From an uncultured Oscillospiraceae bacterium (GTDB lineage: Bacteria; Bacillota; Clostridia; Oscillospirales; UBA644), in contig CAYUWC010000005.1 of NCBI GenBank assembly GCA_964448355.1, positions 5,898-69,897 of the forward strand: 64,000 nt of DNA. The letters run 5' to 3'. Under the pieces are notes generated by a model. It worked only from the letters and a program-made list of their open reading frames with translations, was not told where the DNA came from and searched no databases. Both the position numbers and the translations under genes were made by a program. Shown here piece after piece: positions 9,317-20,214 of the stretch (positions are counted from its first letter, which is position 1; every line of letters starts with the position of its first letter).

Positions 9317-10869
9317 TTTTCTTCCGACTCTCCGCTCGGTGCTTGACGAACGAGATCGCACGACATATTTTTCGGTCTTTGGATCATTTTTCGCCATTGA
9401 ACGCGAAACAAAGCATCTTTCATTTGTTGAAAATCGAAAGAAAAAAAGTATGCGGTGTAGTCCTCGCCGAAACTTTTCATCGAAAGCAGCCTTATAAGCA
9501 GCAGGCCGCAGCCGAATATATATCCGTAAAGACCTATCATACTCGACAACAGCAGCAGCAACGTTCGATAATACAGCACAGCGGATTTCAACCTCGGGAC
9601 CATAAGAGATGTCAAAGCCGTAAGACCGACGACTATGACCATCGGTGCGCTGACGATTTTGGCACTCACGGCAGATTCGCCGATAACGATAGCGCCGACG
9701 ATACCCAACATTTGACCTATAACGTTCGGCATACGCACGGAAGTTTCCCTCAGAATCTCAAACACGAGCAAAAGTGCGGCGCATTCGACGGCTGCGGGGA
9801 ACGGCACGCCTTCTCTTGCGGCAATGATGCTTAAAGCGAAATTTGTCGGCATCATCTGTTGATGAAATGTTAAAAGCGCAACATATACCGCAGGAACGCT
9901 CACGGTAAGGAAAAAGCTGAGATAGCGCAGCAAGCGTCCGACGTTTGCGTAAATAAAGTTAAGATAATAATCGTCTCCCGACTGAAAATTTTCCGCGAAG
10001 ACGAACGGAACGGTAAGGACCGTCGGCGAACCCGATACGATAACTGCGATACGTCCCTCCAAAATACGGGAGACTGCGGTATCCGGGCGTTCGGTGCTGC
10101 CGATCGTTTTAAACGGTGCGCCCGGACGTTCGCAAATAAGCTCTTCGATATAATTAGAATCGAGTATCCCGTCGATATCGATCTTCGACAAACGTTCGCA
10201 AAGCGATTTTACGGTTTTCGGTTTAACAAGACTTTCGAGATACGCAATGGTGACCGGTGTGTTTGTACGTTTACCGAAACAAAATGTTCGGAACTTCAGG
10301 TCTGTTGTAAGCAAACGCCGCCGAATAAGGCTGATGTTGGTATCCGTTTTTTCGGTAAAACCCTCTCGAGGACCGCGCAGCAGTTTTTCGTTTTCCGGTT
10401 CTGTCACGGAACGGCAGGCATAACCTTTTGTATCCGCAACGGCGGCTTTAAAAGAACCCTCCGCAAAAAGCACGGAGCTTCCGGACAAAAGAGCAAGAAA
10501 AACGTTTGACGGATCATCTTCGATCGAGATATTGCTGCCGAGGAAACGTTTTTGATAAAGCGTTTCTATCGGGTCCGCGCCTGCGTTTACTTTTACGGAA
10601 ACTACGCCTTTTAACAAAAATTCACGGACCTCCGCCTCGTCCGCCATTGATTTAACAAAAAACACGGCGCACTTTATCGCAAAAGGTCCAAGCGTCGAAA
10701 ACTCGCGGATCATAAGGGTGTCGTCGGCACCGAATACTTTTTTTATTTTTTCGGTATTTTCTTTCAGCGAACGAGAAAAGCATTGCGGAAGCTCCTTAAC
10801 GGGGACGGGCGATGCTGTTTTATCCGAAAGCTTGTCGAAAAAACTGTCTTTATTCGTAGCACAGACCAC
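9313..10869 (-). CDS. Spore germinant receptor A subunit (GerA/KA family)
   Basis: RGPREGFTE, TERPD, LEGRIA, REGVPFP and IVGAIVIG motifs. Confidence 0.95.
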   Translation of the reverse strand: MVCATNKDSFFDKLSDKTASPVPVKELPQCFSRSLKENTEKIKKVFGADDTLMIREFSTLGPFAIKCAVFFVKSMADEAEVREFLLKGVVSVKVNAGADPIETLYQKRFLGSNISIEDDPSNVFLALLSGSSVLFAEGSFKAAVADTKGYACRSVTEPENEKLLRGPREGFTEKTDTNISLIRRRLLTTDLKFRTFCFGKRTNTPVTIAYLESLVKPKTVKSLCERLSKIDIDGILDSNYIEELICERPGAPFKTIGSTERPDTAVSRILEGRIAVIVSGSPTVLTVPFVFAENFQSGDDYYLNFIYANVGRLLRYLSFFLTVSVPAVYVALLTFHQQMMPTNFALSIIAAREGVPFPAAVECAALLLVFEILRETSVRMPNVIGQMLGIVGAIVIGESAVSAKIVSAPMVIVVGLTALTSLMVPRLKSAVLYYRTLLLLLSSMIGLYGYIFGCGLLLIRLLSMKSFGEDYTAYFFSFDFQQMKDALFRVQWRKMIQRPKNMSCDLVRQAPSGESEEK

Positions 10870-10891
10870 CTTAAAAGTAGATTTATTGTCA

Positions 10892-10921
10892 TATTCTTGC
10901 CCGTAAACATCGAAAAATTCA
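10892..10921 (-). promoter_or_regulatory. Possible sigF/sigG forespore promoter of the ger operon
   Basis: Minus strand tgaat-N15-GGCAAGAATA; the -10 fits GGnnAnAnTA but the -35 is imperfect. Confidence 0.4.
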
Positions 10922-11077
10922 TATAAAAACGCGGATTGACACTTGAAAATTTTTCATACTTGTGGTATACTGTCCTTTACAAGGATCGTTTTTTTACGAT
11001 CCGATATTTCGGCGGTCAACCTCAATGCAAAAAAAGAGCGTGCCGTCACACAAAACAAATCCGATCCGCTTACAACG

Positions 11078-12100
11078 ATGATTTTATTTCGATCAAAAAA
11101 AACAGAAACCACACTGTCGGATGTTTGTACCGACAAGAAAAAGCATATCGCACGGTTAAACGGCGTTTTTGCCGTATTTACGGTCATAAAGATCCTTTTG
11201 ATAGTTTTTTTGAACTACTGGTCCGTGCCCGTAAAATATCTGTTGCGGCTGTTAAACGTAAACAACTTAAACAGCGCTTTAGCGTCTTTGGCTTCAAACG
11301 AAGAGCTGCCGGGGCTTTTGACGGCGATAGCAATATATCTTGCGACCGTAACGATCCCGACGGCGGCTGCATTTGCGATAAAAAAAGGAGTTTCAAACGA
11401 GGACAAAGCGTTTTACCGAAAAAGGCCCTCCTTTCTCGAAACATTATGTGCCATTGGAACGACGTTTACCGTTTCGTATGCGGTCTCGGCGGGGTTTTAT
11501 GTGCTGTTCCGATTTATTCTTAACCGTTTCGGATACACTTTCTATCCGTCGATGACGGAGATACCGACGAGCATACCGTTGATATTGCTTTACATCGTGT
11601 ATATATGCGTTTGTCCCGCGTTCAGCGAGGAGCTTCTTGTGCGCGGTTTCGGTATGTGTACATTAAAAAAATCGGGCAACGGGTTTGCGGTATTGACATG
11701 CGCAATGTGCTTTATGATGATGCACAGTTCCGTGACAAATCTGCCGTTCAGTTTTTTTGCGGGGCTTTGTATGGGCTTTTTTGCGATAAAGTTCGATTCG
11801 TTTTGGGTTGCGGTCATAACGCATTTTTGTTTAAACCTCAATTCCGCGATCTTCCAGCTTTCCGAACCGTATCTTGACACTAACGGCGGAATGCTTTTTT
11901 GCACGATATATTTTATTGCGGTTGCGCTGTTTTCGCTGACATTTTTTTTAACAAACATATTCGTTTACGGAATACGGCTGCCTGTTGTTGAAAAACCCGT
12001 TTTCAAAAAAAGGTGGGTCTTCAAATGCCCGTTTTTCTATGTTTTTATTCTCGTATTTACGGTAAACGCATTTCTTTCCGTGATTGCGATGTTTGAATAA
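11078..12100 (+). CDS. CPBP/CAAX-family intramembrane metalloprotease
   Basis: EELLVRG, FMMMH and HFCLN motifs. Start uncertain: the track start at 10943 lies inside a TTGAAA-17-TATACT promoter. Confidence 0.85.
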   Translation: MILFRSKKTETTLSDVCTDKKKHIARLNGVFAVFTVIKILLIVFLNYWSVPVKYLLRLLNVNNLNSALASLASNEELPGLLTAIAIYLATVTIPTAAAFAIKKGVSNEDKAFYRKRPSFLETLCAIGTTFTVSYAVSAGFYVLFRFILNRFGYTFYPSMTEIPTSIPLILLYIVYICVCPAFSEELLVRGFGMCTLKKSGNGFAVLTCAMCFMMMHSSVTNLPFSFFAGLCMGFFAIKFDSFWVAVITHFCLNLNSAIFQLSEPYLDTNGGMLFCTIYFIAVALFSLTFFLTNIFVYGIRLPVVEKPVFKKRWVFKCPFFYVFILVFTVNAFLSVIAMFE

Positions 12101-12144
12101 AAACGTTTTGAAAGCGAATATTTTATCTGAGAAAAGAGACTTAT

Positions 12145-13176
12145 ATGGATATTTTATCGACATCGGACGCAGATCTCAAGCGATGCGCCGAGATGTTAAA
12201 ACAACGTGATATCGTTGCGATCCCGACCGAAACGGTATACGGTCTTGCGGCGAATGCTCTTGACGAAGACGCCGTGAAAAAAATTTTTCTCGCCAAAGGA
12301 CGTCCCGCGGATAATCCGCTGATAGTTCATATAAGCGCCGTTGAAGAATTGCAAAATTATTGTTTCCCGACAGAACGAGCATATTTGCTTGCCGAGAAAT
12401 TTTGGCCGGGCCCGTTGACTATTATCCTTAAAAAAAAGGATGTTATACCCACCGTCGTTACCGCAGGCCTTGACAGTGTCGCGATAAGAATGCCGTCACA
12501 TCCGACAGCGAAAAAAATAATCGAATTTTGCGGATTTCCGCTTGCGGCACCGAGTGCGAACATATCAGGCAAGCCGTCTCCGACGAGTGCGGAGCATGTT
12601 ATAAACGATATGCAAAACAACAGTTATGTCCGTGCTGTTGTTGACGGAGGTCGATGCAACTGCGGTGTTGAATCGACAGTCGTCAGTCTTACGGGCGAGC
12701 TGCCTTGTCTGCTTCGTCCGGGAGCCGTAACGGTCGAACAGCTGCGAGAAGTACTTCCTGATCTTACCGTTGCAAAAGCGGTATTGCAAAGCCTTCCGGA
12801 AAACGAAAAAGCGCTGTCGCCGGGGCTTAAACATAAGCATTACGCTCCCGACGCCGAGACCGTTTGTCTTTGCGGTTCGGCGGGATCTGCGGCACGTTAT
12901 ATAAAAAGCACCGCTTGCGACCCGAAAAAGACCGTTGTGATATGCTTTGACGGAGAAGAACCGTTTTTTTCGGAGTACAAAACGATCTGTTACGGATCGC
13001 CCGACGAGCCGAAGACACTGGCGAAAAATGTTTTTGACGCATTGCGAAAAGCAGATATGTTAAAATGCGAAAAAATATTCGTTCGCTGTGTTCCGCCGAA
13101 CGGTGTTGCGCTCGCGGTATACAACAGATTGCTGCGCGCGTCGAACTTTACGGTAATAGATACGGACATTCCGTAA
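12145..13176 (+). CDS. tsaC: L-threonylcarbamoyladenylate synthase (Sua5 type)
   Basis: PTETVYGL, KGRPADNPLIVH, APSANISG and HYAP motifs plus a SUA5 C-terminal domain. Confidence 0.95.
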   Translation: MDILSTSDADLKRCAEMLKQRDIVAIPTETVYGLAANALDEDAVKKIFLAKGRPADNPLIVHISAVEELQNYCFPTERAYLLAEKFWPGPLTIILKKKDVIPTVVTAGLDSVAIRMPSHPTAKKIIEFCGFPLAAPSANISGKPSPTSAEHVINDMQNNSYVRAVVDGGRCNCGVESTVVSLTGELPCLLRPGAVTVEQLREVLPDLTVAKAVLQSLPENEKALSPGLKHKHYAPDAETVCLCGSAGSAARYIKSTACDPKKTVVICFDGEEPFFSEYKTICYGSPDEPKTLAKNVFDALRKADMLKCEKIFVRCVPPNGVALAVYNRLLRASNFTVIDTDIP

Positions 13177-13242
13177 CTTAAACATATCCCGTTTTAGGGG
13201 CTTTGCGGAGGTTATGATTTGTTTTAAAGGAGGAATATCCTT

Positions 13243-13830
13243 ATGGTTATCGGCATAACCGGTCCGAGCGGCGCAGGAAAAGGCACCGTATCGAAAATGC
13301 TCGAAGCACACGGTTTTTATCATATAGACACGGACATCATCGCACGTCAGGTCGTACCCGAAACGTTGCCGCGATTAACGGAAAGATTCGGCAACGACAT
13401 AATAGCTCCCGACGGTTCGTTAAACAGAGCCATGTTGGCAAAAAAGGCATTTTCGTCCTCGGACGCCACAGCGGATCTGAATCGGATAATGCACGGAGCG
13501 ATAATCGACCGAACAAAAAAAATAATCGAAGTCGGCAAAAAAAACGGTCGGAACAAATTTATTATCGACGGCGCCGCCCTGTTCGAAGCGAACGCAACGG
13601 TTTTGTGCGACTGCACCATCGCCGTGCTTTGTGACCGTCAAACGCGGCTCGTGCGTGTAATGAACAGAGACAATATCACGGCGCAGCAGGCAAGCGAACG
13701 TTTTGACAGGCAATTATCGGATGATTTTTTCGAGAATAACACCGATTTTGTTATCAACAACACAGACCTTGCCGACACCGAACAACAGCTTATAAAAATT
13801 TTAAACATAATTTACGGAGGAAAAAAATGA
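13243..13830 (+). CDS. coaE: Dephospho-CoA kinase
   Basis: IGITGPSGAGK P-loop, DxD, LNRIMH and LFE motifs. Confidence 0.92.
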   Translation: MVIGITGPSGAGKGTVSKMLEAHGFYHIDTDIIARQVVPETLPRLTERFGNDIIAPDGSLNRAMLAKKAFSSSDATADLNRIMHGAIIDRTKKIIEVGKKNGRNKFIIDGAALFEANATVLCDCTIAVLCDRQTRLVRVMNRDNITAQQASERFDRQLSDDFFENNTDFVINNTDLADTEQQLIKILNIIYGGKK

Positions 13831-15191
13831 GCGATCTTTCTTATCAAAACAAAAACGCTTTCGATGTTCTTACCGAATCCGAGTTAAACGCGGTTCAGGA
13901 ATATTGCGAAGGCTATAAAAAATTCTTGGACAACGGCAAAACCGAACGTTCCTGCGTTGCATACGCCGTTTCTCTTGCGGAAAAAGAGGGCTTTAAACCT
14001 TTTGTCGAAGGCACAAAATACAATGCCGGCGATAAAATATATCATGTACAAAAAAATCACGCGGCAATTTTCGCCGTAATAGGCTCCGAATCACCCGAAA
14101 AAGGATTTAACATCACGGCGGCTCATGTTGACGCACCCCGCCTCGATCTTAAGCCGTCCCCTCTTTACGAAGACAACGGCATGGCATACTTTAAGACCCA
14201 TTATTACGGCGGAATCCGCAAATATCAATGGGTAACACGTCCCCTCGCACTTTGCGGCGTTGTATGCAAAAAAGACGGTACGACAGTTAACATCAACATC
14301 GGTTCCGAGCCGTCCGATCCGGTATTTATGATAACGGACCTTTTGCCACATCTTGCAAAAGACCAGTCTCAAAAAACGCTTTCCGGCGCATTCGGCGGCG
14401 AAAGCCTCAACATTCTTCTCGGTTCGAAACCCGATAATGACGAAGAAAAAGACAAAGTAAGGGAAAACGTACTCAAAGCGTTAAACGGAAAATACGGTAT
14501 TACGGAAGCAGATCTGTTGACTGCCGAGATAACCGTCGTACCTGCCGAAAATGCAAGGGATATCGGTTTTGACAGAAGCCTTATCGCAGCTTACGGACAT
14601 GACGACAGAGTTTGCGCATATCCCTGTTTTACGGCTCTTCTCAAGACGACGGCTCCCAAAAAGACGTGTGTTTGCGTATTTGCCGACAAAGAAGAGATCG
14701 GCAGCGTAGGAGTTTCGGGTCTTCGTTCCGACTTTATGAACAATTTCCTGCTTGCTCTTTGCGACGGATACAACAGTCGCCTTGCGTTCGCAAATTCCGC
14801 TGCAATATCTTCCGACGTTGCCGCTGCGTTTGACCCGAACTATCCCGAAGTTTTCGAAAGACGCAACTCAGCGTTTGTAAACTGCGGTCCCGCGATCTGC
14901 AAATACACAGGTCACGGCGGTAAAAGCGGTGCTTCGGACGCTTGTCCCGAATTTATAGCAAAGCTCCTCGGTATTTTCGATGACGCAAACGTTATCTATC
15001 AATTTACGGAGCTTGGAAAAGTAGATCAGGGCGGCGGCGGAACCGTTTCTCAGTTTATCGCCGACAGAAATATCGAAGTTATAGATATCGGTGTTGCAAT
15101 GCTTTGTATGCACGCACCCTGCGAGATCGCGGCAAAAACGGATATTTATATGCTCGACAGACTTTGCGAAGCGTTCTACAAAAATTATTGA
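13827..15191 (+). CDS. M18 family aminopeptidase
   Basis: AHVDAPRLDLKP, HYYGGI, GHDDR, DKEEIGS and MHAP motifs. Confidence 0.93.
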   Translation: MSDLSYQNKNAFDVLTESELNAVQEYCEGYKKFLDNGKTERSCVAYAVSLAEKEGFKPFVEGTKYNAGDKIYHVQKNHAAIFAVIGSESPEKGFNITAAHVDAPRLDLKPSPLYEDNGMAYFKTHYYGGIRKYQWVTRPLALCGVVCKKDGTTVNINIGSEPSDPVFMITDLLPHLAKDQSQKTLSGAFGGESLNILLGSKPDNDEEKDKVRENVLKALNGKYGITEADLLTAEITVVPAENARDIGFDRSLIAAYGHDDRVCAYPCFTALLKTTAPKKTCVCVFADKEEIGSVGVSGLRSDFMNNFLLALCDGYNSRLAFANSAAISSDVAAAFDPNYPEVFERRNSAFVNCGPAICKYTGHGGKSGASDACPEFIAKLLGIFDDANVIYQFTELGKVDQGGGGTVSQFIADRNIEVIDIGVAMLCMHAPCEIAAKTDIYMLDRLCEAFYKNY

Positions 15192-15216
15192 TGTAAAAAT
15201 CCGAAAAATCTTTGTA

Positions 15217-15261
15217 ATTCCCGGAAAAGATGTTTACTTTTCCGGGAATCTGTGTTATAAT
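15217..15261 (+). promoter_or_regulatory. sigA-type metK promoter overlapped by a perfect 13-bp inverted repeat
   Basis: TTTACT(15233)-17-TATAAT(15256) with extended TG; inverted repeat attcccggaaaag/cttttccgggaat. Confidence 0.65.
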
Positions 15262-15438
15262 AAAATGTAATTTCATATCGAAACAAGGCTTGCGACGGAT
15301 CGTGACCCAAGAGAGAGTTGCGTCTTCGCAGATGAGAAAACAACACTTATGCAAGGTTCACCTGCGGCAGGTTGTACTTACAAAAAGTAAAATAATGATA
15401 AAAAGATATAAAACAGCTTTTCGAAGGAGCGTAAAATA

Positions 15439-16573
<1,135 letters not shown>

Positions 16574-16581
<8 letters not shown>

Positions 16582-17392
16582 AGCCGATTGTCATTTACAT
16601 ACGATATTTTCGCCCGACGGGCATCAAACTCCCGAAGAACTCATCTTTGCAGCGGTAGCAAAAGGTCTTACGGAAATAACAGTGACCGAGCACTGCGAAT
16701 GCAACAACAACGCGGCACTGCCGCCGAACGAAACTCCGTGGCCGGACCTTGACGTAAAAGCATACACGGAAACGTTTGAACAGCTCAAACTCTCCGCACC
16801 GATAAAAATCAACATCGGTATCGAGATCGGTCAGGCGACGCAGGGTCGGCAATATGCCGAACGTATGTTAAACGCTTATAATTGGGATTTTGTACTCGGA
16901 TCGCTTCACAATATCCGTAACGAGTTTGATTTTTATTATATCGATTACCGTGGCAAGGACATAGACAGGCTTTTTTCCGATTATTTCGAACAGCTTTACG
17001 AGACGGTAATGTTGGGCGGATTTTCCGTACTTTCGCATTTGTACTATCCGGTAAGATATATATACCGTCAGGGTATGACGATCGATATTACAAAATTCGA
17101 CTCGCAGATAAACGATATTCTTAAGCTGTTGGCACAAAAGGGATCGGGGCTTGAGATAAACACGAGCGCCGTTTTCGACGAATACGGTGACTTTGTGCCG
17201 GGATACAAATATGCAAAGATGTTCAAGCAGCTCGGCGGCGAGATAGTCACGGTCGGAAGCGACAGTCATTTTTCGGGCAAAGTCGGGTCGGGTATCGTTG
17301 AAGCATACGAAATGCTCAAGCAAGCCGGCTTTTCGGCAGTTGCGACTTTTGAAAATCAAAAACCGATATTTCACGATATAACTTGGGCATGA
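16574..17392 (+). CDS. HisJ-family PHP phosphatase (histidinol-phosphatase-like)
   Basis: DCHLHT, TEH, GSLH, LEINTS and GSDSH motifs. Confidence 0.85.
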
Positions 17393-17468
17393 TATCCCTT
17401 GTCTGTCAGGCGCGGATCCATGCCATGTCGGATAACGGTGTAAGCCTCTGTTTAACATAATACGGCAG

Positions 17469-17557
17469 GCTTTACAAAAACGAGACGGCTTCACAAAACG
17501 AAGAAAACTTCACTATACAAAACGAGTTCACTAAACAAAGCAGACTTCACTAAACGC
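17469..17557. repeat. Degenerate tandem repeat, five units of 18-19 bp
   Basis: gctttacaaaaacgagacg / gcttcacaaaacgaagaaa / acttcactatacaaaacg / agttcactaaacaaagcag / acttcactaaacgc. Confidence 0.6.
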
Positions 17558-17645
17558 ATAAAGCTCTGTTTGATTCAACCCGGCGCCTTATGCGCAGTTA
17601 AGACACAGATCCAAAAACTTTTTAATCTAAAGAACGGTTTAAATT

Positions 17646-18134
17646 ATGGAAATAAAAGAAAAAGTTCTCCGTTTTCTCGAAACGGATTGCAGATATACGG
17701 CAAAAAATATTGCAGACGCCATAGACGTTACGGAGCAGCAGATAGCTGACGTTATCGCTGCTTGCATAGACGACGGAACGATCCTCGGCTACAAAGCGCT
17801 CATCAATTGGGATAAAACGGACAGAGACTATGTTTCCGCAATGATCGAGATCAAAGTTCAGCCTGAAAAAGGCGAGGGCTTCGACAGTGTTGCGAGAAAA
17901 ATATGTTCGTTTGAAGAAGTGGTATCCGTATGCCTTATGTCGGGCGGATTTGACCTGATGGTAATGCTTGAGGGCAAGAGTATGCGAGAGGTCGCACTTT
18001 TTGTTGTTGAAAAATTAGCCGTTATCGACGGGGTGACGGGCACAGCCACGCATTTTGTTCTCAACAAATACAAGGACAAGGGCATTATCTTCGACGCAAA
18101 AGAAAAAGACACGAGAGTAATGACGGAGTTCTGA
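17646..18134 (+). CDS. Lrp/AsnC family transcriptional regulator
   Basis: N-terminal HTH; MSGGFDL and TATHFVL in the RAM domain. Confidence 0.9.
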   Translation: MEIKEKVLRFLETDCRYTAKNIADAIDVTEQQIADVIAACIDDGTILGYKALINWDKTDRDYVSAMIEIKVQPEKGEGFDSVARKICSFEEVVSVCLMSGGFDLMVMLEGKSMREVALFVVEKLAVIDGVTGTATHFVLNKYKDKGIIFDAKEKDTRVMTEF

Positions 18135-18140
18135 TCGATA

Positions 18141-19307
18141 ATGGACTATGAAAAACTTCTTACCGACACGGCACGGAATCTTAAGCCGTCAGGTATACGT
18201 AAATTTTTTGATGTTGCCGAAAGGATCCCCGATGCGATCGCTCTCGGCGTAGGAGAGCCTGATTTTAAAACACCTTGGCACATTCGTCAAGCAGCCATCG
18301 ACGCTCTCGGCAAAGGACAAACACGATACTCTTCCAATGCCGGTCTTATGCCGCTGCGAGAAGAGATCGCGCGGTATATGGAACGTCGTTTCATGTTAAA
18401 ATACGATCCTCGATCCGAAATAATAGTTACCGTGGGCGGAAGCGAAGCTATTGACAATATAATCAGATCGATAGTTTCCGTAGGCGATGAGGTTCTTATT
18501 CCCGAACCGAGTTTTGTATGTTACGCACCTTTAACGGAGCTTGCGGGCGGCACGCCTGTTGTATTGCCGACCTACGAAAAAGACGGATTTAAGCTGCTGC
18601 CGGAAACGGTCAAAGCGGCAATAACGCCGAAAACAAAGCTGCTTATCATGCCGTACCCCAACAATCCGACCGGCGCACTTATGGAAAAAGAGGACTGCGA
18701 AAAGATCGCGGAGGTTCTGAAAGGTACGGATATTCTCGTGCTTTCGGACGAAATATACATCGAGCTGAACTACTCAAAATCAAAGCCGTTTTCGTTTGCA
18801 AGCACAGACGGTATGTTTGAACGAACGATAGTTGTCAACGGTTTTTCGAAGACATATGCGATGACCGGTTGGAGGATAGGTTTTGCCTGCGGACCGCAGC
18901 CGATCATGAAAGCTGCGTTAAAAATACATCAATACGGCATTATGTGTGCGCCGACGGTATCGCAATATGCGGCCATTGAAGCTCTGAAAAACGGAGATGA
19001 CGACATCGAGTATATGCGCGAGCACTACAATATGCGCAGACGTTTTTTACTCGATGCGTTTGAATCGCTGTCGGTTCCGTGTTTTGAGCCGAAAGGTGCG
19101 TTTTATGTTTTTCCGAACATTTCGGCGTTCTCGGAGAGTTCGGATGCCTTTTGTAACGATTTTCTCGAAAAGGCGCATGTTGCCGTCGTTCCCGGAAGCG
19201 CTTTCGGTAAAAGCGGCGAAGGCTTTATACGAATCTCTTACGCATATTCTCTCGATCATTTAAAGAAAGCCGTCGATCGTTTCGAGAAGTACATTAAGGG
19301 GAAATAA
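18141..19307 (+). CDS. Class I/II PLP-dependent aminotransferase
   Basis: GEPDF, PNNPTG, SDEIY and SKTYAMTGWRIG motifs. Confidence 0.93.
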   Translation: MDYEKLLTDTARNLKPSGIRKFFDVAERIPDAIALGVGEPDFKTPWHIRQAAIDALGKGQTRYSSNAGLMPLREEIARYMERRFMLKYDPRSEIIVTVGGSEAIDNIIRSIVSVGDEVLIPEPSFVCYAPLTELAGGTPVVLPTYEKDGFKLLPETVKAAITPKTKLLIMPYPNNPTGALMEKEDCEKIAEVLKGTDILVLSDEIYIELNYSKSKPFSFASTDGMFERTIVVNGFSKTYAMTGWRIGFACGPQPIMKAALKIHQYGIMCAPTVSQYAAIEALKNGDDDIEYMREHYNMRRRFLLDAFESLSVPCFEPKGAFYVFPNISAFSESSDAFCNDFLEKAHVAVVPGSAFGKSGEGFIRISYAYSLDHLKKAVDRFEKYIKGK

Positions 19308-20195
19308 ATGACAGCACTGGCATATGCAAAGATAAACCTGACAATAGATGTTCTCGGTAAAAGAGCCGACGGCTATCATGACATCTCATCGGTAATGCAA
19401 ACGATATCGTTATGCGACAAACTGTCTTTTAACATAACAGACAGGCATGACGAAAAAAACGAAATAATAATCGAATCGAACGACAAAACGCTCCCGACAG
19501 ATAAAACAAACCTGTGTTTTGCTGCGTGCGATATGTTTTTTCGTCAATTCGGCATTTACGGAAAAAACGTTTATATCAAGCTCGAAAAAAACATTCCAGT
19601 CGCAGCGGGTCTCGGCGGCGGAAGCTCGGACTGCGCACAGACGCTCCGTGTGTTAAACACAATGCTCGGCGTTAACGCTTCGGGCGAAAAACTCAAGAAG
19701 ATCGCCGAAAAGCTCGGTGCGGACGTTCCGTTTTTTATTGACGGAGGCAGAATGAAAGCGGAGGGGATAGGCGATATTCTTACTCCGGTAACAAACGAAA
19801 AGACCGAGTTTGTTCTGCTCGTAAAACCGGCGGACGGCAAAATGTTAAGCAAAAACGTTTATAAAGATTTCGACCTTCTTTTCAAGGAAGATCATCTGCT
19901 CTTTCCGAAACCGACCACAGAGGCTTTTTTGGCGGCAAAGGGTCGTAAAAAATACGGATATATATCTAATATGCTCACTCCCGTAACGCAAAAAAAGCAG
20001 CCGTCGATCGCTTTGTTGAAAGAAAAGCTTATCTCTCTCGGCGCCGCCGCTGCGGAAATGACGGGCAGCGGACCGACGGTGTTTGCTTTGTTTGAACACG
20101 AAGATACCGCCGACAGAGCGCTGCAAAAGCTTCGCGATCATGAAGCGGTGGATTTTTGCGGGTTATATAAAACAGTCAATAATATGTTAAAATAA
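19308..20195 (+). CDS. ispE: 4-diphosphocytidyl-2-C-methyl-D-erythritol kinase
   Basis: AKINL, PVAAGLGGGSSD, GADVPFF and MTGSGPT motifs. Confidence 0.95.
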   Translation: MTALAYAKINLTIDVLGKRADGYHDISSVMQTISLCDKLSFNITDRHDEKNEIIIESNDKTLPTDKTNLCFAACDMFFRQFGIYGKNVYIKLEKNIPVAAGLGGGSSDCAQTLRVLNTMLGVNASGEKLKKIAEKLGADVPFFIDGGRMKAEGIGDILTPVTNEKTEFVLLVKPADGKMLSKNVYKDFDLLFKEDHLLFPKPTTEAFLAAKGRKKYGYISNMLTPVTQKKQPSIALLKEKLISLGAAAAEMTGSGPTVFALFEHEDTADRALQKLRDHEAVDFCGLYKTVNNMLK

Positions 20196-20214
20196 ACTTC
20201 AAGGGGAAATAATT

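Noticed and set aside
17469-17557. CRISPR array (also considered for 47131-47295)
   Set aside because: Units are short, degenerate and contiguous, with no unique spacers and no cas genes.
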